Shown piece after piece: positions 9,811-20,000 of a stretch of 64,000 nt of DNA (positions are counted from its first letter, which is position 1; each line of letters starts with the position of its first letter). The notes under the pieces are model-generated. The model saw nothing but the letters and a program-made list of their open reading frames with translations, did not search any database and was not told where the DNA came from. Made by a program: the position numbers and the translations under genes. Origin of the DNA: Candidatus Kapaibacterium sp. (GTDB lineage Bacteria; Bacteroidota; Ignavibacteria; Kapaibacteriales; UBA2268); the NCBI GenBank assembly GCA_963665665.1, contig OY762428.1, forward strand, positions 4,480,001 through 4,544,000. The letters are read 5' to 3'.

Positions 9811-11160
9811 GTGCCTAACGATAAAAATATTAGATCCGGCATTGACCTTAAGGAAATTCCGGATATTCTGGAAACAACACCAGCATTGATTTATATTTAT
9901 GATCTTATTAATAATCGCAATTTGTATGCAAACAGGGAAATTTTTGATTATCTTGGATACACGCCCGAAGAAATTAAAGAATTTGGGAGCGAATTGTTTC
10001 AGAATATTATTCATCCTGACGATCTGGAGCAGGTGCTGGATTTCCAAAAAATGCTAATAAATGCGGATGAAGATGAAACTTATGAAATTGAATATAGAAT
10101 GAGGTCATCAGAGGGGAAATGGATTTGGTTTTTAAGCAGAGAAAAAATATTTAAAAGAAACAATGACGGTCAAAATATACAAAAAGCCGGAATTGCTATT
10201 GACATTAGCAGCAATAGATATTTATCTGAAAAATCTAAATTAAGGGAAAAAATATTAAATAATATTAACAAGATATACAAGATAGCTATTACGGTTGATG
10301 ATGAAGAAGACCTGCTGAAAGAATGCCTGAATATATGCCAGAAAATAACCGGGGCCGATTATGGTTTTATCGGAGAGATAAATCCACTTGGAAAATTTGA
10401 CACAATAGCCCTGACTGATCCGGGTTGGAAAAATTGCAGGATTGGGAAAGAAGACTCCGTTAATATGATAAAAAATATGACTATCCATGGGATTTGGGGC
10501 AGGGTAATAATTGAGGCTAAGCCATTGATTACAAACAATCCTGCCGAGCATCCATATAGTATTGGCATACCTGAAGGGCATCCCCCGCTGAATAATTTTC
10601 TTGGTGTTCCTATGTTTCATAACGAAGATGTTTTCGGAATGATTGCATTAGGAAATAAACATGACGATTTTAACGAAATGGATTTGGAGGCAGTTGAAAA
10701 ACTTTCTGCAACTATTGCCGAGGCTCTAAGAAAGAAAAGGCTGGACCAGACTATCAGATTACAATCAAAAGAGATTGTGGAAGTATCCACACCAACCTTG
10801 CAGGTATGGGACGGTATTATTGCCATGCCGCTAATTGGTACGCTCGACAGTGAAAGAACTCAGCAATTCATGGAAAAGCTCCTGAAAGGTATCATTAATA
10901 GCAATTCTGAAATAGCAATAATTGATATTACTGGTGTGCCAAATGTCGATACTCAGACAGCTCACCATATAATGGATTCAATAACTGCCGCCGGGCTTCT
11001 TGGTGCTCAGGTGATTTTGACAGGAGTAAGGCCGATTATTGCCCAAACACTTATACATCTCGGGATTGACCTCTCAAGTTTCGAAACACAGTCATCATTA
11101 GCAGCCGGGCTGGAAATAGCTTTCGAAAAATTGGGACTATCAATACAAAAAACAAAATAG
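9811..11160 (+). CDS. rsbR: RsbR-family stressosome sensor 1 (PAS-GAF-STAS)
   Basis: PAS motif IHPDD; GAF motif IPEGHPPLNNFLGVP; STAS PLIGTLDSER...IIDITGVPNVDTQTA...ILTGVRPIIAQTL. GTG start preceded by AGGAG. Confidence 0.88.
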   Translation: MPNDKNIRSGIDLKEIPDILETTPALIYIYDLINNRNLYANREIFDYLGYTPEEIKEFGSELFQNIIHPDDLEQVLDFQKMLINADEDETYEIEYRMRSSEGKWIWFLSREKIFKRNNDGQNIQKAGIAIDISSNRYLSEKSKLREKILNNINKIYKIAITVDDEEDLLKECLNICQKITGADYGFIGEINPLGKFDTIALTDPGWKNCRIGKEDSVNMIKNMTIHGIWGRVIIEAKPLITNNPAEHPYSIGIPEGHPPLNNFLGVPMFHNEDVFGMIALGNKHDDFNEMDLEAVEKLSATIAEALRKKRLDQTIRLQSKEIVEVSTPTLQVWDGIIAMPLIGTLDSERTQQFMEKLLKGIINSNSEIAIIDITGVPNVDTQTAHHIMDSITAAGLLGAQVILTGVRPIIAQTLIHLGIDLSSFETQSSLAAGLEIAFEKLGLSIQKTK

Positions 11161-11180
11161 GTTATTTACCGGAGAGTAAA

Positions 11181-12467
11181 ATGGATTACATTCATGAAAT
11201 GGAAAATAATAAAAAAATTGACCTGATTAATACACTACCGGTTGCCTGGGGGCTCCACAAAATTGTGTTGAATGATAAAGGTATTCCGATTGATTATATT
11301 TTCCTTGAAGTAAATAGTAAATTTGAATCATTTACCGGTTTGAAAAGAGATGATATACTTCATAAAAAAGTAACTGAAGCTATACCGGGAATCGAAAATT
11401 CCGAGCCAAATCTTATTGAAAAGTACGGACGGGTGGCTCTTACCGGTGAACCTGAACAGTTTGAAATGTTTTTTGAACCATTTGATAAATGGTACAAAAT
11501 TGATGTTCAATCGACCAAAAAAAATTATTTCACTGTAACTTTCGAAGATATTACCAGCAGTAAAAAAGATTATGCAAGATTAATGGAAAATCAGATAAAT
11601 CTGGATTTGGCTCTTGACTCTGCAAATGCGGGTAAATTTATCTGGAATGTCGAGACAGGGCATTTGTATTGGGATGAAAGATCCCTGAATATGTTTGGAA
11701 TAAAAAAGGAAAATTTTACTAACAACTTCGATTCATGGGCAAATACTTTACATCCCGGGGATTTAAATAATGTTCAGCTTATTTTGGAAAAACAACTCGA
11801 AAAAGATAAATTTATTGATATTGAATATAGAGTTTTAGTAAATAATAATGTAAATTTTATACAGGCAAAGGGCTATATTGCAAGGAATAAATCAGGCCAG
11901 CCGCAAATAATTACAGGCTTGCACCTTGATATTACCAACCAAAAAGAGAATGAGATCAAGCTAAAACAAAGCAGCAATGAATTGGAGAAAATGGTTCAAG
12001 AACGTACTCTGAAATTAGAACGGGAAATACAGGAAAGTAGGCGAAGGGAGATTATTATTAAGGAGCAAACCGAACAGATAATTGAATTATCAACGCCAAT
12101 TCTACAAACCTGGGATGGTATTCTTGTTGCTCCATTAATCGGGCAATTTAATTCAGAAAGAACGGAACTTTTTTCATCCAAAATTCTGGATACAATCAGC
12201 AAAATGAATTCAAAAATTGTAATTATTGATATTACCGGTATTGGAGAAATTGATACCCAGACAGCGCAGTATTTGATTGAAACAATCAGTGCCTGTCTGC
12301 TAATTGGTACACAGGTTATTTTAACAGGAGTAAAACCAAATATTGCCCAGACTCTGGTTCATCTTGGAATAGATTTTTCGGGTTTCATAACTCAGTCCAC
12401 ACTTGAGTCCGGATTGAAAATTGCATTTAAACTATTGGGCTATAAAATATTACAAAATGTAAATTAA
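11181..12467 (+). CDS. rsbR: RsbR-family stressosome sensor 2 (PAS-PAS-STAS)
   Basis: PAS motifs DYIFLEVNSKFE and LHPGD; STAS LSTPILQTWDG...IDITGIGEIDTQTA...TGVKPNIAQTL. Confidence 0.88.
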   Translation: MDYIHEMENNKKIDLINTLPVAWGLHKIVLNDKGIPIDYIFLEVNSKFESFTGLKRDDILHKKVTEAIPGIENSEPNLIEKYGRVALTGEPEQFEMFFEPFDKWYKIDVQSTKKNYFTVTFEDITSSKKDYARLMENQINLDLALDSANAGKFIWNVETGHLYWDERSLNMFGIKKENFTNNFDSWANTLHPGDLNNVQLILEKQLEKDKFIDIEYRVLVNNNVNFIQAKGYIARNKSGQPQIITGLHLDITNQKENEIKLKQSSNELEKMVQERTLKLEREIQESRRREIIIKEQTEQIIELSTPILQTWDGILVAPLIGQFNSERTELFSSKILDTISKMNSKIVIIDITGIGEIDTQTAQYLIETISACLLIGTQVILTGVKPNIAQTLVHLGIDFSGFITQSTLESGLKIAFKLLGYKILQNVN

Positions 12468-12468
12468 T

Positions 12469-13641
12469 ATGAGATATAAAATGGAACACCTTAAAAAAGT
12501 TATTAATAACGGCGAAGAAATAATTTATGTGTCCGACATTGACAACTATGAACTTGTTTTTGTAAACGATAAGTTCAAGCAATTTTGGGGTACTGATGTA
12601 ATTGGAAAAAAATGTTACAAGGTGTTGCAGGGGCTGGATAATCCCTGCCCGTTTTGCACTAATCACCTGATAACAGACGAAAAATTTGGTGAAACATATA
12701 TATGGGAATTCAAAAATCAGACTACCGGAAAATGGTTTAAATGTTTTGATAAAGCAATTGAATGGGAAAAAAATCGGATTTGCAGAATAGAGTACGCTTA
12801 TGAAATATCAAGAGAAAAGGAATTAGAATTCAGCCTGAAAGAAAGAATGAAGGAAATTAGTTGTATCTACAAAATCACTAAATGGACTAATGATGATAAT
12901 CTGAGCCTGAATCAATTAGTTTCAAATATTTTAAAAACAATCAAACTTTCATTTCAGTTTCCCGATTTTGTTTCTGTTAGAATAAACTATTTAGATAAAG
13001 AATATACTTCCGATGGATTTTTAGAATCAACTGGACGAATATCATCAGATATTTACTATAAATCTAATATTCTTGGAAAAATCGAAGTATTCAATTCAAA
13101 AAGAAACTCAGAAGCAGACGGCTATTTTCTGGCCGAAGAACAAGAGCTTCTGGATGCTGTTTCCGGTGAAATATCAAAATATTATCAAAAAAGGAAAGCC
13201 CAGAAGGAAATTGAAGATTACAAATCAACTCTTGAAAACAGGGTTGCAAAACTTACCAATGAAGTACTTGAGCTTTCCCTGCCCGTTTTGCCAATTGATT
13301 CTAAAGTACTGCTGATGCCGTTAATCGGCCAACTGGAACACGAGAGAGCTGCTCTTATGATGGACAAACTGTTAAATGCTGTATATCAGTTTAAATCACA
13401 AGTAGTTATAATCGACCTGACAGGGGTTCCATCCATTGATACTCAGGCGGCGCAGAACATCATTAATGTAATTATGGCTGCTAAACTTCTGGGTGTAAAA
13501 ATAATTCTAACCGGAATAAAGCCTGATATTGCACAAACAATGATACACCTTGGTATAGATATCGAAAATGTTGAAAAATGCTCGGTATTATCCGAGGGGC
13601 TTAAAAAAGCATTATACACAATAAAAAATAGGGAGAAATAA
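12469..13641 (+). CDS. rsbR: RsbR-family stressosome sensor 3 (Cys-rich PAS, GAF-like region, STAS)
   Basis: KCYKVLQGLDNPCPFC and ERMKEISCIY motifs; STAS IDLTGVPSIDTQAA...TGIKPDIAQTM. Confidence 0.86.
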   Translation: MRYKMEHLKKVINNGEEIIYVSDIDNYELVFVNDKFKQFWGTDVIGKKCYKVLQGLDNPCPFCTNHLITDEKFGETYIWEFKNQTTGKWFKCFDKAIEWEKNRICRIEYAYEISREKELEFSLKERMKEISCIYKITKWTNDDNLSLNQLVSNILKTIKLSFQFPDFVSVRINYLDKEYTSDGFLESTGRISSDIYYKSNILGKIEVFNSKRNSEADGYFLAEEQELLDAVSGEISKYYQKRKAQKEIEDYKSTLENRVAKLTNEVLELSLPVLPIDSKVLLMPLIGQLEHERAALMMDKLLNAVYQFKSQVVIIDLTGVPSIDTQAAQNIINVIMAAKLLGVKIILTGIKPDIAQTMIHLGIDIENVEKCSVLSEGLKKALYTIKNREK

Positions 13642-14024
13642 TGAACGAGGTTGATCTTTCAGTAATAAAAATTGGCAAACTATTAATTGTTACAGTTCCA
13701 GCCGACCCGGATGATAATGTTGTAAATATTCTCCAGCAAAAAATACTGGAATCTTTTGATAAATATCAGTCTAAAGGCCTCGTGCTTGATATTTCGATGG
13801 TAGAAACTATGGATTCTTTTTTTGCGCGTGTCATATCAGAAACGGCGCTTATGGTTGAACTGATGGGCGGGCACACAGCAATTGCCGGGATGACTGCCAG
13901 CGTAGCAATTACAACAACACAATTGGGCTTATCTATTGGAAGTGCCCTGACAGCTTTAAATGTTGAAAGAGCAATTGATGTGCTAAACGATAAAATTAAA
14001 GAGGAAAATGATGACCATTCTTGA
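13641..14024 (+). CDS. rsbS: Stressosome antagonist RsbS (STAS)
   Basis: GLVLDISMVETMDSFFARV retains the phosphorylatable Ser. It lies between rsbR and rsbT. Confidence 0.88.
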   Translation: MNEVDLSVIKIGKLLIVTVPADPDDNVVNILQQKILESFDKYQSKGLVLDISMVETMDSFFARVISETALMVELMGGHTAIAGMTASVAITTTQLGLSIGSALTALNVERAIDVLNDKIKEENDDHS

Positions 14025-14418
14025 CGAAGGGGTTGTAAATATTAATAATGAATCTGATATTATTCTGGCAAGAAAAATTGCAAGAGAAATGTCAGGGGAC
14101 TTAAAATTTACTCTGACGGACATAACTCGAATAGTAACATCAGTTTCAGAGCTGGCAAGAAATATTTTTCTTTATGCGGGCAAAGGTGTTATGACTTGGA
14201 GTAAAGTCAGGAATGGAGGTAAAAGCGGGATAAAAATTAAGTTCGAGGATAACGGTCCGGGAATAAAAGATATTGATCAGGCTATGGTAGTTGGCTTTAC
14301 TTCATCCCGAGGCTTGGGTATGGGATTGCCTGGGGCAAAAAAATTAATGGATGATTTCGAGATTCTTTCAGAATTCGGAGTTGGAACTACTATTACAATT
14401 TATAAATGGCTTAAATGA
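14008..14418 (+). CDS. rsbT: Stressosome Ser/Thr kinase RsbT
   Basis: SELARNIFLYAGKG, DNGPGI and GFTSSRGLGMGLPGAKKLMDDF. Confidence 0.93.
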   Translation: MMTILDEGVVNINNESDIILARKIAREMSGDLKFTLTDITRIVTSVSELARNIFLYAGKGVMTWSKVRNGGKSGIKIKFEDNGPGIKDIDQAMVVGFTSSRGLGMGLPGAKKLMDDFEILSEFGVGTTITIYKWLK

Positions 14419-15425
14419 TGGAATTAGTCAGGGAACAATCAGTTAATATTACTTTCAGGAATGATTCACTTCGTGCAGTCAATGCTTTATTTAGTGTTAT
14501 TGGCGAGAGTTGTTCTCAAAAAAAAACACTGGATAAGGTGAAAACATGCGTATTGGAATTATCCAAAAATATTGCTATGCATTCAAAAGGCGGTATTCTT
14601 ACTATTAGTTTGTATAAAGGAAATAATTCATGCAAATTGGTTATTCAAAGTAGAAATAATATTGTTAAAAGAATTGATTTTGAATATGCTTTTACCGAAG
14701 GTTACACAACTGCCGGCAGCCTCGGGAGCGGTTTGGGGATTATCAATGATATTATGGATTATGTGAACATTGAAACAGTTGACAATGAGTTGATAATAAT
14801 ATGTGAAAAAACTGTTGAATTATCAGAACAACAAAATTTTATTTGTCCGTTTGATATAGGGTTAGCAACACGGCCCCATCCCAGAATGAAAGTAAACGGC
14901 GACAGCTATTTTACAAAGCAATGGGATGATAAAATCCTTATAAGCGTTATCGACGGCCTTGGACACGGACAATATGCTGAAAGAGCTTCAACAAAAGCTA
15001 AAAATTATCTTGCCAATCATTATACCATCCCAGTCAGAAATATGTTCCCGGGAATTAGCAGGGCTTGCAGGTCAACAAGAGGAGTTGTTGTAGGTATTAT
15101 GAAAATAAACTTTGTTAAAGACTATGTTGAATATGGCGGAATAGGGAACATATCTGTTATGTCTTTCGGTGGCAGGAAAAATTTAATTTTGCATAACCAA
15201 AGGGGGATATTGGGAATAAAAACAATATTTCCGCCAATAATGGAATTATCGCTTGATGAATGTTCTACAATATGGATGTTTTCAGACGGAATAAGTTCAT
15301 CAAAATTATCAGCATTTTACCCAAAATCAATTGGAATGAGTGCTATGGAAACTGCAAGATTTGTATTAAATCATTATTCAAAAGATAATGACGATGCAAC
15401 TATTATTGTTTTAAAAAGAAAATAA
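14415..15425 (+). CDS. rsbX: RsbX-type PP2C/SpoIIE phosphatase with N-terminal HATPase-like domain
   Basis: ELSKNIAMHS and GSLGSGLG in the N-terminal part; VNGDS, IDGLGHG, FSDGI and DDATIIV in the phosphatase part. Confidence 0.85.
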   Translation: MMELVREQSVNITFRNDSLRAVNALFSVIGESCSQKKTLDKVKTCVLELSKNIAMHSKGGILTISLYKGNNSCKLVIQSRNNIVKRIDFEYAFTEGYTTAGSLGSGLGIINDIMDYVNIETVDNELIIICEKTVELSEQQNFICPFDIGLATRPHPRMKVNGDSYFTKQWDDKILISVIDGLGHGQYAERASTKAKNYLANHYTIPVRNMFPGISRACRSTRGVVVGIMKINFVKDYVEYGGIGNISVMSFGGRKNLILHNQRGILGIKTIFPPIMELSLDECSTIWMFSDGISSSKLSAFYPKSIGMSAMETARFVLNHYSKDNDDATIIVLKRK

Positions 15426-15432
15426 AGAGCCA

Positions 15433-16566
15433 ATGAGATCGGAAAAAAAAATACAAACAATCGAAGATATTAAAAAATTGATCAGGAGCAAGGATGCTTT
15501 GAACTCAATCGATTGGGAAAATACAAAAGAACTAAAGAATTTGATAAAATCTCTTTTTTTTCATTTTGATAATCACCAGGAAACAATAAAAATTTACCAG
15601 GAAGAGCTTAACAGGTCCAACGACGGGATGATTGCATTAACACTTGAGTTGGAAGACGAACTTGAAGTTAGGAAACAAGTAGAAGCAGAACTCGGGAAGT
15701 ATAGAAACCAACTTGAATCCCTGATTGAAAAAAGAACGGAAAAATTACTTGATACAAATCTGCGTTTAAATAAGGAGATCAAAGTTCGTAAGGAAGCTGA
15801 GAATGAATTAAAAAAATTATCCGAGAAACTGGAACAAAAAGTGAAACAAAGAACTAAAGAACTGGAGATTATTAACAAAGAACTTGAATCGTTCAGTTAT
15901 TCTGTTTCACATGATTTGAGAGCTCCCTTAAGGCATATACAGGGGTTTTCAGAATTATTAAGAAAAAAAATTAGAAATGATGATAATAAGGTACTAAGAT
16001 ATTTAGACTTGATTAATGAATCAACAAAGAATATGGGAAACCTTATTGAAAGGTTGTTGGAATTTTCCAGGTTTGGAAGAAAAAAAATGCTTATAAAACT
16101 AATTGATATGAACCAATTGGTTGATGAGGTTATAACATCTTTTCAATTAGAAAAAGATGACAGGCCAAAAATAATAAAAAGTAAAAAACTATTAAACACA
16201 GAAGCCGACCGCCAACTGATTTACCAGGTATGGTATAACTACCTGTCCAATGCCATAAAATATAGTTCAAAAAAATTGAACCCCGAAATCGAAATCGGAT
16301 GTTATTACGAAAATGACCAGGTTGTTTATTTTATCAAAGATAATGGTGTAGGATTCGACCCCAAATATATCGACAAACTATTTGGTGTTTTCCAAAGATT
16401 GCATTCCGATGCAGAATTTGATGGTACCGGCATTGGCCTGGCAAATGTAAAGCGTATTGTAACTAAGCACGGAGGCGAGGTTTGGGCCGAAAGTGAAATA
16501 GACAAAGGTGCAAAATTTTATTTTTCTCTGCCAATTAAAAAGGATGATAGCAATGAAAGTAAATAA
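15433..16566 (+). CDS. Cytoplasmic histidine kinase (phytochrome-type kinase core) downstream of the stressosome genes
   Basis: FSYSVSHDLRAPLRHI, NYLSNAIKYS, DNGVGFD and LFGVFQRLH..EFDGTGIGLA; coiled-coil N-terminus. Confidence 0.92.
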   Translation: MRSEKKIQTIEDIKKLIRSKDALNSIDWENTKELKNLIKSLFFHFDNHQETIKIYQEELNRSNDGMIALTLELEDELEVRKQVEAELGKYRNQLESLIEKRTEKLLDTNLRLNKEIKVRKEAENELKKLSEKLEQKVKQRTKELEIINKELESFSYSVSHDLRAPLRHIQGFSELLRKKIRNDDNKVLRYLDLINESTKNMGNLIERLLEFSRFGRKKMLIKLIDMNQLVDEVITSFQLEKDDRPKIIKSKKLLNTEADRQLIYQVWYNYLSNAIKYSSKKLNPEIEIGCYYENDQVVYFIKDNGVGFDPKYIDKLFGVFQRLHSDAEFDGTGIGLANVKRIVTKHGGEVWAESEIDKGAKFYFSLPIKKDDSNESK

Positions 16567-16999
16567 TAAGAAAATAATTATCGTTGATGATAAAGAATTG
16601 GATATTGAATTAGCTGTTGAGGCTTTCAAAGAGTTGAACATCAACAATCAAATCATTACTTTCACCGATGGAACAGAAGCACTGAAGTATTTCGAAAATA
16701 TGAAAAAATATTTAGCTACTGAAAATGAAATAATTCTTGTAATTTTAGATATTAAAATGCCAAAAATTAGTGGTTTGGAAATTCTGGAAGAATTGAAAAA
16801 AAATGAAATTTTTAAAGCTATCCCGATTATTATGCTAACTTCTTCAAAAGAAGAAAATGATTTGATACAAGCCTACAAATCAGGTGCAAATGCTTATGTT
16901 ACCAAACCAATAGATTATTCTGAATTTATTGAAAAAATCACTTCCATTGCAAATTTTTGGATATATACTAACGAATTTATTCCAAGAACAATGAAATAA
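16553..16999 (+). CDS. Rcp1-like single-domain response regulator
   Basis: LDIKMPKISGLEIL, IPIIMLTSS.EE.D..AY..GANAYVTKP and FW. The ATG at 16553 overlaps the kinase stop. Confidence 0.9.
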   Translation: MKVNNKKIIIVDDKELDIELAVEAFKELNINNQIITFTDGTEALKYFENMKKYLATENEIILVILDIKMPKISGLEILEELKKNEIFKAIPIIMLTSSKEENDLIQAYKSGANAYVTKPIDYSEFIEKITSIANFWIYTNEFIPRTMK

Positions 17000-17000
17000 A

Positions 17001-20000
17001 ATGAATAGAATGATAAAAATATTATATCTCGAAGATAATCCTGTTGATGTTGAACTGGTAAAAGAAATTCTGGACAGTGATAAAATCAATAGTGAAATTT
17101 CAGTTGTTGATAATGAAAAAGATTATTTGCAAGAAATAAAAAAGAGGAGGCATGATATTATTCTTGCCGATTTTACCCTTCCCGCATTTAACGGCATTGA
17201 AGCATTAAAATATGCTATGGAAATTTGCCCTTCAACACCGTTTATATTCTTTTCAGGAACTCTCGGAGAGGAAAATGCCATTAAAGCAATGAAATACGGT
17301 GCAACTGATTATGTTTTAAAAAAATGGGTACAGAAGCTGCCTCTTTCTATTGTAAGAGCAATTGATGAAAGAAACTCAATTATAAAAAGAATGAAAGCAG
17401 AACTTGATCTTAAAAGGTCCGAGAAAAACTATCGTGACCTGGTTGAGAATTCAGTTGTTGGTATTTATAAGACTAATCTGGATGGGAAAATAATTTTTGC
17501 AAATAATTCACTTGCTGAAATATTCGGGTATTCCAACAAAGATGATCTGATTGGAGAAAATGCTGCCAACTTTTATAAAAACCCCGATAACCGAAAGCGC
17601 TTAACAGAAAAACTAAAGGCCGGACAAACCGTTGATTTAATGGAAATTGATATAGTAGATAAAAATAATATTACTAAACAAATAAGACTTAGTGCTGCAC
17701 TAAATGAGAATTATATCTCTGGAATAATTAATGATATAAGCGAGAGTAAAAAAGCTGAATCAGCTCTTATGAACAGCGAGAAAAAACTTCGTACGATAAC
17801 AGATTCTGCAAAAGATGCAATTATAATGATGGACCATAATGGTATTGTAACATTCTGGAATAATGCTGCGCAAGATATTTTTGGATATGAAGAATCAGAA
17901 ATCATTGGACAAATTTTACACAAAACTATAGTTCCTGAAAGGTTTTACGGGCAGCATATTTTAAATTTCAAGGATTGGGTAAAGACTGGTGAAGGAAATG
18001 CCGTTGGTAAAACACTTGAATTAATTGGCTTAAATAAATCTGGGCAGGAGTTCCCGGTTGAGTTGTCCCTATCAGCAATAAAAGTCGATTCCAATTGGGT
18101 TGCTGTCGGAATAATTCGTGATATATCGGACAGAAAAGCAATAGAATACAAAATTAAAAAAAATCTGGAATCACTACACCAGGCGGAAGAAATTGCTTCA
18201 CTTGGATATTTTGAGAGGAACTGGAAAACCGGTGAGTGCTATTGGTCAAACGGATTCTTTAATTTATTAGGTTTCAAAGACAAAGACTTTAGTCATTCTC
18301 AGGAATTGTTCTTCAAATATATTCATCCTGATGACTTACAAATATTCCAGAATAAATTACAAGAAAGTCTTGACAATAAAAAATCTTTGGACATTAGATT
18401 CAAGATGATTAATAGAAGAAATGAATTAATTCATATCCATGGATTAGCCACAAATTCCTATGATGAAAAAGGACACCCAGCTTTAACAATTGGCGTTTTC
18501 AGAGATATTACCGAAGAGCTAAAGACACAAAAGGAACTAAAAGGCAGCGAATTGCGCCTGGATCATGTTCTTAAAAGTTCAAACCTTGGCACCTGGGATT
18601 GGAAACTTAGTAATAATTCCATTGTATTCGGATACAACTGGTATTCGATGCTTGGATATGACGAGTCGGATTTGGAAGAAAAACCAGAAACTTTTTTTAA
18701 TCTGCTCCATCCTGATGATTCTAAAACTTTAAAGAAAATTCTTGACGATCATATTTCAGGTAAGTTTCCCGAATTTTCTTCAGAAATCAGAATGAAATCA
18801 AAATCCGGAGGATGGAAATGGATACAAACCGCCGGAAAATGTATTGAAAAAGATAAGGATGGCAATCCTCTCAGGCTTACGGGTATACATATTGATATTG
18901 ATAAAATAAAGAAAAATGAGGAAGAACTGATAAACTATCGTAATCACTTAGAGGACTTGGTTGAGCAAAAAACTATCGAGTTAAAAAAATCATACAGAGA
19001 AGTAAGAAAATTATTCCAGGCTGTTGAACAAAGCCCCGCCTCTGTGGTTATAACTGATGAAAATGTAAAAATCACTTATGTCAACAAATCATTTGAGCAG
19101 GTCACCGGGTACGAAACAGAGGAAGTTCTGGGAAAAAATCCGAATATATTAAAATCAGGTAAACACAGTAGCATTTTTTACAAATCGATGTGGAATACCA
19201 TTAATTCCGGAAAAGTTTGGAAAGGAGATATACAAAATAAAAAGAAGGGCGGGGAATTATACTGGGAAAGATCTCATATTGCACCGATACTAAATCAGGA
19301 AGGGAATATTATTTCTTATGTTGCCGTAAAAGAAGATATTTCAAAAGAAAAAGAACAGGAGCAAGACCTTTTAAATGCTTTCAAAGAAATTAAGAAATCC
19401 AACGATACAATGAACTCTACATTGGACGAGCTTAAGAGAACACAATCTCAGCTGGTTCAATCAGAGAAAATGGTGGCGTTAGGGCAATTAATTGCAGGTG
19501 TTGCTCATGAAATAAACTCTCCACTTGGAGCAATAAAAAGCCAGAATGAATCTTTTTTAAGAGATATCGAAAGGGTGTTCCACAATATGCCGGTTCTTTT
19601 TGCTAATATGCCCATGGAATTGATAAGAAAAATTGATCTGTTAGTTGACAAAGCGGTTGAAAACAAAAAGATGCTTTCACCGAGAGAAGAAAGAGATTTG
19701 AAAAAGAAAGTTAAATCGTTGTTCGAAAAAATAGGTATTTATAACTCAACCCGTTTAGCATCGACATATATAAATTTTGCGGATGAAAAGGCAATTAACG
19801 AGTATCTGCCAATATTGAAACATGAGAAGGCACTTGAAATAACCGGCCTTATCAGCAAATTGGTAAATCTTAAAAATGGTTCATCAATAATAAAAAATGC
19901 TGTTGAAAATATTATGAAAATTGTGTTTGCCTTGAAAAGTTATTCCCACTTCGACAGCTCTGATAATATGAGCAGTTTCAGTATTGTTGAAAGTATTGAA

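Noticed and set aside
15433-16999. Bacteriophytochrome/Rcp1 light sensor
   Set aside because: The kinase core and regulator are of that class, but there is no PAS-GAF-PHY chromophore module.
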